64,000 nucleotides of DNA from Candidatus Bathyarchaeia archaeon (GTDB lineage Archaea; Thermoproteota; Bathyarchaeia; Bathyarchaeales; Bathycorpusculaceae): positions 25,436 through 89,435 of the forward strand of contig JBEKTQ010000015.1 in NCBI GenBank assembly GCA_049515895.1, written 5' to 3'. Within the stretch, counting starts at the first letter, position 1; every line of letters starts with the position of its first letter. Positions 1-8,930 of this stretch are shown in pieces. Below the pieces are notes generated by a model. It made no database searches and was not told the DNA's origin. It worked only from the letters and a program-made list of their open reading frames with translations. The translations under genes were made by a program, and so were the position numbers.

Positions 1-529
1 TACGGTTATTGGTCCGAACACCCCAGGAATCATCACTCCCGGTGAATGCAAGCTTGGAATAATGCCAGCCGACGTTTTTGCGTCCGGCGGCGTAGGTTTG
101 GTCTCAAGAAGCGGTACACTCACATACGAAATAGCCGCTGGGCTTACAGCCAAGGGTTTCGGGCAGTCAACCTGCGTCGGCGTCGGTGGCGACCCCGTCG
201 CGGGCTTAAACTTCATTGAGGCCCTAGAACTGTTTAATGCTGACTCGAAAACGAAGGCTGTGGTTCTAATCGGCGAAATCGGTGGCAACATGGAAGAGCT
301 AACGGCACAGTACATTGCCCAGACACACTATCCTAAGCCGGTTGTGGCTTACGTGGCTGGCCGTTTTGCACCAGAAGGCAAGCGCATGGGCCACGCGGGA
401 GCTATCATAACGGGTAAGCAGGGGACGGCCCAAAGCAAGATTGACGCGTTTTCAAGCGTTGGAGTGAAGGTTGCTGAAATGCCAAGCGATGTTGCAGCTT
501 TGTTGATCAATGAACTTGGGCATCCCTAA
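1..529 (+). CDS. sucD: Succinyl-CoA synthetase alpha subunit (5' truncated by window edge)
   Basis: Frame open from window start (IGPNTPGII), [27 protein letters not shown], phospho-His motif RMGHAGA. Confidence 0.95.
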   Translation, partial: TVIGPNTPGIITPGECKLGIMPADVFASGGVGLVSRSGTLTYEIAAGLTAKGFGQSTCVGVGGDPVAGLNFIEALELFNADSKTKAVVLIGEIGGNMEELTAQYIAQTHYPKPVVAYVAGRFAPEGKRMGHAGAIITGKQGTAQSKIDAFSSVGVKVAEMPSDVAALLINELGHP

Positions 530-631
530 AAAACAAGTTACCGATAACTGTGTCGTTGAGCCCAAGCGCCAACTTGGGTTCCAAAAGATTTATCTTTAAA
601 CCTAAACAGACTACTAGATGACTGCCATGTT

Positions 632-1618
632 TTGAGCAGTTTTTTAGAGCGAGACGTTTTTATGAGCCAGAATAACTCCAGAAAAATTAGTTCCGAAGAC
701 CTTAAGCAGTTCGATGGGTCAAATGGAAAACCTTTATACGTTGTTTTCAAGGGCAAAATATACGACTTGACAACCAGCCAGCTTTGGCTTGAAGGCAAAC
801 ACATGGGCATGCACGGCAGAACCGACGATTTAACTGAAGCAATAAAAACCGCTCCGCATGGCGAAGACAACGTTTACAGATTCCCGATTGTCGGCGAAAT
901 TGCCGAAGCGGTTATGCAGGCTCCAGTTGCCACGCCTGCAGTGGAAAAGCCTGTTGAGCCCCAAGTTCAGCCCGTAATCGGCACTTCTCCCGCAGTCATG
1001 GAGAGACGCACGTTCCTAAAGCTGGCAGCGGCGGCGGGAGGAGCAATAACGATCGCGGCACTGTTTTCAACCCTAAAAGCTGGAACTTTTGTGCCACCGC
1101 CGACCGCAACAGCAGCTTGGCCTGTGGTCACCGTTACAAACATAGGTAAGTTGACAAATCTCACACCAATAGTGTTCTATTACCCTTTAACCAGCACACC
1201 GAATTACCTTGTTAAGTTAGGGGTGGCAGCCACAGGTGGCATCGGACCTGAAAAAGACATAGTGGCCTTCAGCGCGATTTGCCAGCACTTGGGATGCGAG
1301 TACGGTTTCGTGGCTCCAGGCGGCTCACCACCCTGCAACTCCGCTTATAAGGTGGCTATTCCTATGGGCTACTGCTGCTGCCACGGCTCACAGTACGATT
1401 TCGTTCGTGGCGCGAAGGTGATTGGAGGCCCAGCTCCACGACCTGTGCCTATGGTTCAACTACAACTGAATTCAGCAACAGGAGATATAACCGCTGTTGG
1501 GATGCAGTCGCCAACGATTTTTGGGCATGGGCCGCCTGGAACCATGGATCCCGCGTTGGTTATGCAGTATGATTTGCAGGGTGGAGATTTAGTGACGCAA
1601 TCCACTGTTTTGGGATGA
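632..1618 (+). CDS. Fusion: cytochrome b5-like heme domain + internal twin-arginine anchor + Rieske [2Fe-2S] domain (start may be ATG 662)
   Basis: N-term FDGSNGKPLYVVFKGKIYDLT...HMGMH...DLT...APHG (Cyt-b5-like); Pro-rich linker; MERRTFLK + hydrophobic helix; Rieske boxes CQHLGC and CCCHGSQYD. Confidence 0.9.
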   Translation: MSSFLERDVFMSQNNSRKISSEDLKQFDGSNGKPLYVVFKGKIYDLTTSQLWLEGKHMGMHGRTDDLTEAIKTAPHGEDNVYRFPIVGEIAEAVMQAPVATPAVEKPVEPQVQPVIGTSPAVMERRTFLKLAAAAGGAITIAALFSTLKAGTFVPPPTATAAWPVVTVTNIGKLTNLTPIVFYYPLTSTPNYLVKLGVAATGGIGPEKDIVAFSAICQHLGCEYGFVAPGGSPPCNSAYKVAIPMGYCCCHGSQYDFVRGAKVIGGPAPRPVPMVQLQLNSATGDITAVGMQSPTIFGHGPPGTMDPALVMQYDLQGGDLVTQSTVLG

Positions 1619-1619
1619 C

Positions 1620-3143
1620 TTGATTATGTCTGAAGAAATTGAGAAGAAGAATGCTTATGACAAACTTGTCGACTGGTTTGACGTGAAGTTCGGCTTCGCT
1701 AAGACTCCGCTTAAGCCGATTCCAGACTTTATGATGAACCCGATTTATTGGCTTGGCTTGCTGTTAGCGGTGACTTTCGGCTTGCAGGCTTTAACCGGGA
1801 TCTTCATGCTTCTCTACTACGTCCCCACGCCTGCCCAAGCCTTCTCGTCGACAGCATCGATTATCAGTTCGGTGCCTCTTGGCTCGCTTGTTGAAACCTT
1901 CCACCTGTACACCGCCTACGCCATGATTATCTTAATGTTTTTGCATTTGGTCCGCAACTTTTTCGGCAGCGCACATAAAGGCAACAGGGATTTGATGTGG
2001 CTTGTCGGAATCGTATTAGCCGTCGTGGTGATTAGCTTCGGCGTGACAGGGTACCTTTTGCCGTGGACGGTGATTTCTAAGTCTGCAAGCGACGTCGCCA
2101 TCGGATTCCTAAACTTCTTCCCGGTTGGAATTGCAAACCTGGGAAAGTTCGTGGCGGTAGGCTCCGGCAGCGATGCATCGGAGTTGACAACTTTCCTTCA
2201 CATCCACACCGTTTTCCTTCCATTGGCGTTGATCGGGCTTTTAGGGTTGAAGATTTACATGTACGAGGTCCACGGCCCAATGTATGTGCCAGCATACGGG
2301 AAACCTGGAAAAGGCAAGTACAATAATTGGTTCCCAAAAATCTTCCTCTACTTTGTCATGCTTGCAAGCGCTTACGTGGCGATTTTGCTGGCTGCATCTT
2401 CTCTTTTCCCGCTTTCCTTGCCGCCTGCATACTCCGCGGCCACAGCCGGTGCCTACGTCGTCCAGCCTGATTGGTATCTGCTTTGGGTTTATCAACTCTT
2501 GAAAATCCAAGTTTTTGAAGGACCCGCAGCAGCTTACTTGATAGCTGCGCTGATTGCTTTCGGAGTGCTTCTTTTCCTTATGCCTTTCTACGACCGAAGC
2601 AAACGAAGAAACATCAGCCAAAGACCAGTCTACACTACAATCGGCTCGGTGCTAATAATTGAGCTTATTACGCTAACCATTTGGGGATACTTGACTCCTG
2701 GAATAATAATCCCAGACTACCAAGCCGTTTTGGTTTTAGGCGGAGTAGCTGTCGCAACTATCGCTGTGATATGGGCCGTTTATAGAATTAGACGAAAAAC
2801 AAACGCAGCATCTATGCTGCCCGCGCAATCGACCACTAACTCCCTCTCAACCAACTCATCTGGAACGAGTCCTGCCTCCATAGTGCAGGCATCTGCTCAA
2901 CCTAAGAAACAAAGGGTCAAGCTAGCTGGTCAGAGCCTATTCAATCCGTTCACTGCTGTCTTCGCAATTTTCCTTGCGGTTGCATCAGTTTCTTTAGCAT
3001 CAGCCGTAAACATGCTACCCACCATCTTGGCGAACGGACCGTTTTTTGCCTTGGCTCTGAGCGCTTTTGCCGTTTCGTCTTTTTTCATGTGTCGGATGCT
3101 TCGGAAGTTTGTTTTATCGTATGAGGGAGCGGTGGCTAAATAA
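1620..3143 (+). CDS. Cytochrome b of a Rieske/cyt b complex (unsplit, extra C-terminal TM helices)
   Basis: Q-LTG-F-L-YY-P, helix B H-x13-H, TGYLLPW, Qo motif PDWY, PFYDR; directly follows the Rieske gene. Confidence 0.92.
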   Translation: MIMSEEIEKKNAYDKLVDWFDVKFGFAKTPLKPIPDFMMNPIYWLGLLLAVTFGLQALTGIFMLLYYVPTPAQAFSSTASIISSVPLGSLVETFHLYTAYAMIILMFLHLVRNFFGSAHKGNRDLMWLVGIVLAVVVISFGVTGYLLPWTVISKSASDVAIGFLNFFPVGIANLGKFVAVGSGSDASELTTFLHIHTVFLPLALIGLLGLKIYMYEVHGPMYVPAYGKPGKGKYNNWFPKIFLYFVMLASAYVAILLAASSLFPLSLPPAYSAATAGAYVVQPDWYLLWVYQLLKIQVFEGPAAAYLIAALIAFGVLLFLMPFYDRSKRRNISQRPVYTTIGSVLIIELITLTIWGYLTPGIIIPDYQAVLVLGGVAVATIAVIWAVYRIRRKTNAASMLPAQSTTNSLSTNSSGTSPASIVQASAQPKKQRVKLAGQSLFNPFTAVFAIFLAVASVSLASAVNMLPTILANGPFFALALSAFAVSSFFMCRMLRKFVLSYEGAVAK

Positions 3144-3796
3144 TGAAGCGTGACTTTGACTCTTTGCGTGTCACTGCCTATTTCCTTTTGGTTTTTCTAA
3201 TTGTTGTTGGAGTGGCAGTTTGGCTTTTGAACCTAATCAGTCAACAAAGGATTTTCGGTTTCTTGATGGGCGCTGAATTCGTTGCGTTCGCCATGCTCGT
3301 CTACCTTTTTTACATGGAAGACCCCGTAGCCGCCAAGAAAATATTATTCTCGGGGTTCGTTGCCTTAGGAATCCTAGTTGTATTAGCGGCTGCCGTTTTA
3401 GGAGGCATTGGTACACCTGCGACGTTGCCCAAACCCAATGTCTCAGTAACCCTCTACGCGGGGGAAGTTTCTCTTACACAGTACGGGTTCGGCAACGACG
3501 CAATCTCCATAACTTCGCCGGGTCCGACTTTAACCTTCACCGTTGGCGATGTTGTGAACATGACCGTTTTCAACGCGGGAACCATGCCTCATAATTGGGC
3601 GCTAGTCGCTTCCAAGGATACCTCAGGCAAAGTTCTGTTCGGCGCAGTAATCGACAGCGGTCAAGTCCCCATACCGCCTAACGAAACAGCATCGGTTGTT
3701 TTTAGAGTCACAAAATCGGGGAACTACTTCTACATTTGTCAGGTTGCGGGTCACGTTCAGTCAGGCATGTGGGGTAATGTGGTAGTGAATCCGTGA
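3143..3796 (+). CDS. Membrane-anchored blue copper protein (sulfocyanin/rusticyanin-like cupredoxin)
   Basis: Three N-terminal hydrophobic segments; PGPTL, type-1 Cu ligands HNW ... YICQVAGHVQSGM (H, C, H, M); TAATG overlap with cyt b. Confidence 0.88.
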   Translation: MKRDFDSLRVTAYFLLVFLIVVGVAVWLLNLISQQRIFGFLMGAEFVAFAMLVYLFYMEDPVAAKKILFSGFVALGILVVLAAAVLGGIGTPATLPKPNVSVTLYAGEVSLTQYGFGNDAISITSPGPTLTFTVGDVVNMTVFNAGTMPHNWALVASKDTSGKVLFGAVIDSGQVPIPPNETASVVFRVTKSGNYFYICQVAGHVQSGMWGNVVVNP

Positions 3797-4578
3797 CACA
3801 AAAAATCGCTGAAGAATTTTCTGCCTCGTGCCTATTTTTCTTTGCAAGCTTGCTCACTGGCCTAGTAAGCGTCATGGCGTTGAGTTTTGTTTGGGCAAAA
3901 CAAAGAGCCGAAAAGCAACTTGAACCCCAAAAAACAGCGGGTTTCCTTGCCAATGAGCAAAGAGCACTGAATTTTTACAAAATATTTTCCTTTGCCTACG
4001 ACATTTTGAACCCGTACCTGTATACTGATGCCATGCGCAGCGAAATTGTAAATCAAATCGAAAACGGCGCAAACCAGCGGGTGCTTGACGTCGGATGCGG
4101 AACAGGCTACACCACGTCAGGAGTTTTGAAGCGGAAAGACGTTTCGGAGGTTGTCGGTTTGGACATGAATCCCGTACAACTAAAAAGAGCCGTCAAGAAC
4201 CTGCACTCAGAAAAGGGGAGAACGCTTATTTCAAGAGGCGACGCGGACAACTTGCCGTTCATCGACTCGTCTTTCGACGCGGTAATTTCTGTTGGAGCCG
4301 TCGAGTATTTTCAAGACCCTGAAAAAACGGTGAAAGAGCTGACTAGGGTCGCAAGACCTGGTGGAACCGTGATTGTGGGCGGTCCTGAATCGAGATGGTT
4401 CAGCAAGTTTGCTTTAAACAGGGTTTTCTATACGCCCTCACCCGAGGAAATGGAGAGTATTTTCGGCAAAGCGGACCTTGTCAGGGTGAAATCCCACTTG
4501 ACGGGCGTGAAAACTTTTTTCGGAACAAACAAATACGTCGTGTTTGCAGTAGGGAAGAAACCAGAAAGCCCACGGTGA
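3793..4578 (+). CDS. SAM-dependent methyltransferase, UbiE/MenG/VTE3-like (probable quinone ring methylase)
   Basis: VLDVGCGTG motif I, GDADNLPF-D-SFDAV, LTRVARPGG; GTGA overlap with cupredoxin; next to menA. Confidence 0.75.
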   Translation: MTQKIAEEFSASCLFFFASLLTGLVSVMALSFVWAKQRAEKQLEPQKTAGFLANEQRALNFYKIFSFAYDILNPYLYTDAMRSEIVNQIENGANQRVLDVGCGTGYTTSGVLKRKDVSEVVGLDMNPVQLKRAVKNLHSEKGRTLISRGDADNLPFIDSSFDAVISVGAVEYFQDPEKTVKELTRVARPGGTVIVGGPESRWFSKFALNRVFYTPSPEEMESIFGKADLVRVKSHLTGVKTFFGTNKYVVFAVGKKPESPR

Positions 4579-4591
4579 AAGGCAGCGAAAC

Positions 4592-5623
4592 TTAAGCTCT
4601 TTTTCTTGTATTAAGCAGTGTCCAAGCTACCGGGGCATAAGCAGCCACCAACACCCCCAAGATGTAGGCGAGTTGAACTGGGTTGGCCATGTTCAAGATC
4701 CCTGCGACTGAGTAGCCTGCGATTAAACCGAAGCTGGTGACGCTGTGTGCCACTATCATATCGAGGTTAGCGGGAGCCATCAGCCGCGGGTTATCTTTAT
4801 GCGCCCGAACGACCCTGATCGAGCGGATCACGAGGGGCAGTGAGAGCAAAGCGAAAAGTGTGTAGAGCGGTATGATGCCCAGCAAAGCGGAAGCAACGAT
4901 TATGGCGTAAGTGCATATCCAACTCGCCACGTAAAGTTTGACGCCTGCCTCTTTGCCGTACCTTGCGACAAGCGTGAGTTTCCCGGCAGCCGTGTCCTCT
5001 GCGATATCGGGAATCTCGTTTATCACAATCATCGAGAACAGCATTACCCCCAAAGGCAAAGTCGCCAAAAACGCCTGCAGGGTCAGGGTTTGTGCTTGAA
5101 CGTAAAAGGCGCCTAAACCTATTATTGAGCCAAAATTCACCAGTAGGGCAAGCTCGCCCAGCCCGTGGTGGCTGAAGCTTATGGGTGGAGCGGTGTAGAA
5201 GACAGCGCAAAATACGCCGAATACCCCGAATGCCAAGATAGGTAAGCCCCGGGTTAACGTTAGGTATAACCCCACAGCCAAAGTGACTAGGTAGCAGAGC
5301 GTGAAAGCTTTAAACATGCTCCTAGGCGCCAGAAGCCCGTTGCTCAGGGTCCCGCTGCCGCCCGAATACGGGTTCTTCTCGCCCGGCCCAAGCGTGTCCA
5401 CGCTGTGCTTGTAGTCGAAGTAGTCGTCGGTCATGTTTAAGCCGATGTGATTGATGATAATGGCAACGAGCACAAGCAGAAAATAAAGCGGGGAAAACCC
5501 ACTTTTAGTTGCCCAGCTAACTAAGCCGCCTAGGACAGCGGGAAAGATGCTGGGAGGAACAAAGTGGTAGCGGAAGGCGAGCCACCAGACTTTCGCTTTA
5601 CTTGTTTTAGGTATGAACGTCAT
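4592..5623 (-). CDS. menA: 1,4-dihydroxy-2-naphthoate prenyltransferase (UbiA superfamily)
   Basis: NMTDDYFDYKHSVD, GGSG, FYTAPP, INEIPDIAEDTAAGKLTL motifs; multi-TM. Confidence 0.88.
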   Translation of the reverse strand: MTFIPKTSKAKVWWLAFRYHFVPPSIFPAVLGGLVSWATKSGFSPLYFLLVLVAIIINHIGLNMTDDYFDYKHSVDTLGPGEKNPYSGGSGTLSNGLLAPRSMFKAFTLCYLVTLAVGLYLTLTRGLPILAFGVFGVFCAVFYTAPPISFSHHGLGELALLVNFGSIIGLGAFYVQAQTLTLQAFLATLPLGVMLFSMIVINEIPDIAEDTAAGKLTLVARYGKEAGVKLYVASWICTYAIIVASALLGIIPLYTLFALLSLPLVIRSIRVVRAHKDNPRLMAPANLDMIVAHSVTSFGLIAGYSVAGILNMANPVQLAYILGVLVAAYAPVAWTLLNTRKRA

Positions 5624-5791
5624 GACTATTCAATCCAGCAAGAAATGTTGGACTAATGGTTGACTATGAAATAAATCAACCAAATAAGTCCTTATTCAAT
5701 GGGTTAGCGATAGCAGGCGCCAAAACGTCTGCGTCTAAACAACCTAACTGCGCTAACTATCTTGATAAAACTTTTGATTAAAAAACAAGAG

Positions 5792-6091
5792 CTATTGAGC
5801 CGCTTCTTGTGCTTTGCGTTTCCTGAAGAGGATGAACACGTGTCCTCTAACTTCAACCAACGCGGAATGGGTCTGCTCCGCGGCTTTAGACGCTATTGTC
5901 TGAGCCGTGTTACTTCCTTGCAAGGCTGCTGGCAAAATTCTGACCTTAACCATCTTGTTTTTCTCCAGTTGCTTTTCTATCTCTCCTGCGCACTGCTGGG
6001 TTAAGCCTTCTTTGCCGACCCAGATGGTTGGGTTCTCATCCTTAAGTACGTGCCTAACGTGACGTTTCATTCGTGTCTTTATTTTGCTCAA
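5792..6091 (-). CDS. yhbY: YhbY/CRM-domain RNA-binding protein
   Basis: PTIWVGKEGL, LEKNKMVKVR, LVEVRGHVFILFR; follows rpp21. Confidence 0.9.
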   Translation of the reverse strand: MSKIKTRMKRHVRHVLKDENPTIWVGKEGLTQQCAGEIEKQLEKNKMVKVRILPAALQGSNTAQTIASKAAEQTHSALVEVRGHVFILFRKRKAQEAAQ

Positions 6092-6413
6092 GATCCTCTT
6101 GCTCCTTTCTCTTTCTTAACATTATACGGATTTGATTGCCGCAGTTTAAGCAGGTTATTACAACATGAGGCTCCCTTTTCTGCTTTACCCTAAACCTACA
6201 ATTATAGCCTTGTACGAGCAGCGCATTGCATTTTTTGCATGTTTGTCTCCGAAAGTCAATGGGCACACGGATTCTTGCAGCCATGGCGATCCTTCGAGCA
6301 GATTTAACGTACTGCATGGCTAATTTAGGGTCACTTACAGAAACATTCTTTGCCTCATCAAACAATGTTTGAATCCGCTGCCTCGCTATTTGCTTAACGC
6401 TGGTTTGCCTCAT
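6054..6413 (-). CDS. rnp4: Ribonuclease P protein component 4 (Rpp21)
   Basis: IARQRIQTLF, ARRIAM, zinc ribbon CKKC...CLNCG. Confidence 0.93.
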   Translation of the reverse strand: MRQTSVKQIARQRIQTLFDEAKNVSVSDPKLAMQYVKSARRIAMAARIRVPIDFRRQTCKKCNALLVQGYNCRFRVKQKREPHVVITCLNCGNQIRIMLRKRKEQEDLEQNKDTNETSR

Positions 6414-6467
6414 TTAGCCTTCACAAACAACCAATTGACATCAGGAAAATAACACTTGCGCCTTTAA

Positions 6468-7376
6468 TCAGTTGTTTCCCCAAAGTTCAACTTTCAACCG
6501 TTTCAGCGCTTCATGAATCTCAAGCGGCTTGTTTTTCAGAGTCCGCTGGGCTTTTGAGGTGTCAAGCGACGAATCCATCGGTCGTTTTGCAGGCCACTTG
6601 AACTCCGAAGACAGAACGGGGTCGATAAGGGTTTTGTCCAAGTCAAATGTTTCAGCGATCAGTTGGGCAAACTGGAATCTGCTGACCCTTGTGACACCGC
6701 AAAGGTGGAAGGTCCCGGTTAAGCGTCGTTCAGCCGCTTCCAGAGTCATCTCTGCAAGATTAGTGTTTAGTGTGGGCGTGTTCCACTGATCAGTAACGAT
6801 TTTCACGCGCTCTCCTTTGCGGAGCGTTTCGATTAGCCATAGGGCAAAGTTTACTTTTCCAGCTGCCGGAGTGGACCCGTAAATGACGCTTGGCCTACCT
6901 ATGAGATATTCTGGCTGAGCATTGACCAACTCTTCAGCCTTGAGCTTGGTTAGCCCATAGTTATTAATCGGGTTAGGCGTATCCAACTCGGAGTAATTGC
7001 CTTTTTCGCCGTTAAAAACGTAATCCGTTGAAATGTAAATCAAAAAAGAACCCTCGCTCTTGGCTGCTTCGACGATGTTTCGGGTGCCTTCAACGTTGAT
7101 TTTCCAGGCAAGCTCTTTGTTCAATTCACACTTATCGACGTCAGTCAGGGTCGCTGCGTGAACCACAACGTCGGGCTTAACGCGCCTAAACGCTTGGTCA
7201 ACCAACTCTTTGTTTGAAACGTCAAATTTCACAAAGTTGCCGCAAACGGGAATCTCTTGGACATCACACGAGTAGACTTCAATGTTTCTTTCAAGTGCCA
7301 TCTTCGCAAGTTTTGAGCCATAGAGACCGCTGGCTCCAGTGATTAGAAGTTTCAGTGGAATCCACCGAGCTTCCAC
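6468..7376 (-). CDS. rfbD: dTDP-4-dehydrorhamnose reductase
   Basis: ITGASGLYG, TDVDKCE, ISTDYVFNG, YGLTK; in rfb operon. Confidence 0.93.
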   Translation of the reverse strand: MEARWIPLKLLITGASGLYGSKLAKMALERNIEVYSCDVQEIPVCGNFVKFDVSNKELVDQAFRRVKPDVVVHAATLTDVDKCELNKELAWKINVEGTRNIVEAAKSEGSFLIYISTDYVFNGEKGNYSELDTPNPINNYGLTKLKAEELVNAQPEYLIGRPSVIYGSTPAAGKVNFALWLIETLRKGERVKIVTDQWNTPTLNTNLAEMTLEAAERRLTGTFHLCGVTRVSRFQFAQLIAETFDLDKTLIDPVLSSEFKWPAKRPMDSSLDTSKAQRTLKNKPLEIHEALKRLKVELWGNN

Positions 7377-8359
7377 GGTGTAGGATGAAGAATCACGTCG
7401 TTAGCGAACGGAGTCCACCAATGCTCGTTGTCGAGGTACCAGCGGACCGTGGACTCTAAAGATTCTTCAAAGCTACATTTCGGCAGCCAATTCAATGTCT
7501 TCCTTATTTTTGACGAATCCAAGCTGTACCTTGTATCGTGTCCAGGACGATCTTCAACAAAATTAATCAAACTCTCAGGTTTGCGCAGTGCAGCAAGGAT
7601 TTTCTTTGCAATCTCTACGTTGGGAATTTCGTTTCCAGCTGAAATGTTATATACTTCACCGGCTTTGCCCTTCTCAAGAACCGTTGCGATTGCTTCACAG
7701 TGATCTTGGACGTATATCCAATCGCGGATGTTTTTGCCAGACCCGTAGATGGGTATTGGAAGATCCCTTTGGGCACGTATAATGGTTTTCGGAATAAGTT
7801 TCTCGGGTAATTGGTAGGGACCGAAATTGTTTGTGCAGCGGGTGATAGACACATTCAAGTTGTAAGTTCTATAGTACGAAAGGACAAACATGTCAGCGGC
7901 AGCTTTGGAAGCGGAGTAAGGATTGGACGGTTTAGGCGGCTCATCTTCAGTAAATGAACCTTCCAGCGCTTCACCGTAAACCTCATCAGTTGAAACCTGC
8001 AAAAGCCGGACTTTATGGTTATGCCTTCGTATTGCTTCTAAGACTGTGAAGGTGCCAATCGTGTTGTTCTGCAGAAACACGTTTGGGTCGGCGATACTTC
8101 TGTCCACATGAGTCTCCGCAGCAATGTTAACAATGGCGTCCACCTGATGGATGAGCCTGCTTATAAGCAATGGATTGCAAATGTCGCCTTTAATGAAGGT
8201 GTACCTTTTGTCGTTTTCAACATCATGCAGGTTAGCCGGGTTGGCACCTATACCTATCTTGTCGACGTTTATCAATTCATGATCAGGGCACTTCTCAAGG
8301 ATGTACCGGCAAAAATTGCTGCCGATGAAACCTAAACCGCCAGTAACTAACAATCTCAT
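7352..8359 (-). CDS. rfbB: dTDP-glucose 4,6-dehydratase
   Basis: VTGGLGFIGSNF, AAETHVDRSI, STDEVYG, YSASKA, DRPGHD. Confidence 0.96.
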   Translation of the reverse strand: MRLLVTGGLGFIGSNFCRYILEKCPDHELINVDKIGIGANPANLHDVENDKRYTFIKGDICNPLLISRLIHQVDAIVNIAAETHVDRSIADPNVFLQNNTIGTFTVLEAIRRHNHKVRLLQVSTDEVYGEALEGSFTEDEPPKPSNPYSASKAAADMFVLSYYRTYNLNVSITRCTNNFGPYQLPEKLIPKTIIRAQRDLPIPIYGSGKNIRDWIYVQDHCEAIATVLEKGKAGEVYNISAGNEIPNVEIAKKILAALRKPESLINFVEDRPGHDTRYSLDSSKIRKTLNWLPKCSFEESLESTVRWYLDNEHWWTPFANDVILHPTPWKLGGFH

Positions 8360-8365
8360 GGTTGA

Positions 8366-8887
8366 TCACTTGTGAGCCGGGAGATTCCAGTCCCAAGCTT
8401 TACCGACACGCATATCCGTTTTTTTGCCGTTTATAATTTTGGGGATAAGTGAGGGGTCATTCCAGGGTCTGCGTTCTTCGTCGGGGTTGGCGGGATCATA
8501 GAGGTTGGTTGTAAAGTACAGCAGTATAGCCAATTCGTCACCGAGCGCTTTAAAACCATGCCAGTAATGACCGGGAACGCGCACTAGCTGCAGGTTTAGT
8601 GCGCTTGAGATAACCTCGTTAAGTTCGTTGGTGTCTTCGTCGAAAGCGCAGATTTTTATTAATCCTTTAATCGCCAGGAAATAATCTGTTTGCCCTTTGA
8701 GATGCCTGTGCCATGCACGGATGACTCCGGGATAAGTAGATGAAAGATTCGCTTGCGCAACCGTGTCTTCACCGAACAGGTCCTTCCAGTCTTTGCGCAT
8801 AACTTCAGTGAAAGAGCCGCGTTCATCTGGCAAACGATTTATTGGCTTTACCCGTATCCCCTCTAACATGACATTGCTTCCCTGCAT
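8366..8887 (-). CDS. rfbC: dTDP-4-dehydrorhamnose 3,5-epimerase
   Basis: DERGSFTE, GVIRAWHRH, WHGF cupin motifs. Confidence 0.92.
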   Translation of the reverse strand: MQGSNVMLEGIRVKPINRLPDERGSFTEVMRKDWKDLFGEDTVAQANLSSTYPGVIRAWHRHLKGQTDYFLAIKGLIKICAFDEDTNELNEVISSALNLQLVRVPGHYWHGFKALGDELAILLYFTTNLYDPANPDEERRPWNDPSLIPKIINGKKTDMRVGKAWDWNLPAHK

Positions 8888-8930
8888 TAATGCCTATAAT
8901 AATATTTATAATAGTTGTTGTGTTCTCGGG

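Noticed and set aside
632-1618. Arsenite oxidase small subunit (AioB) call
   Set aside because: No molybdopterin large subunit adjacent; the partner is cytochrome b.
7350-7376. Possible CTG start for rfbD overlapping the rfbB stop
   Set aside because: An in-frame GTG at 7376 is available; cannot be decided from sequence.
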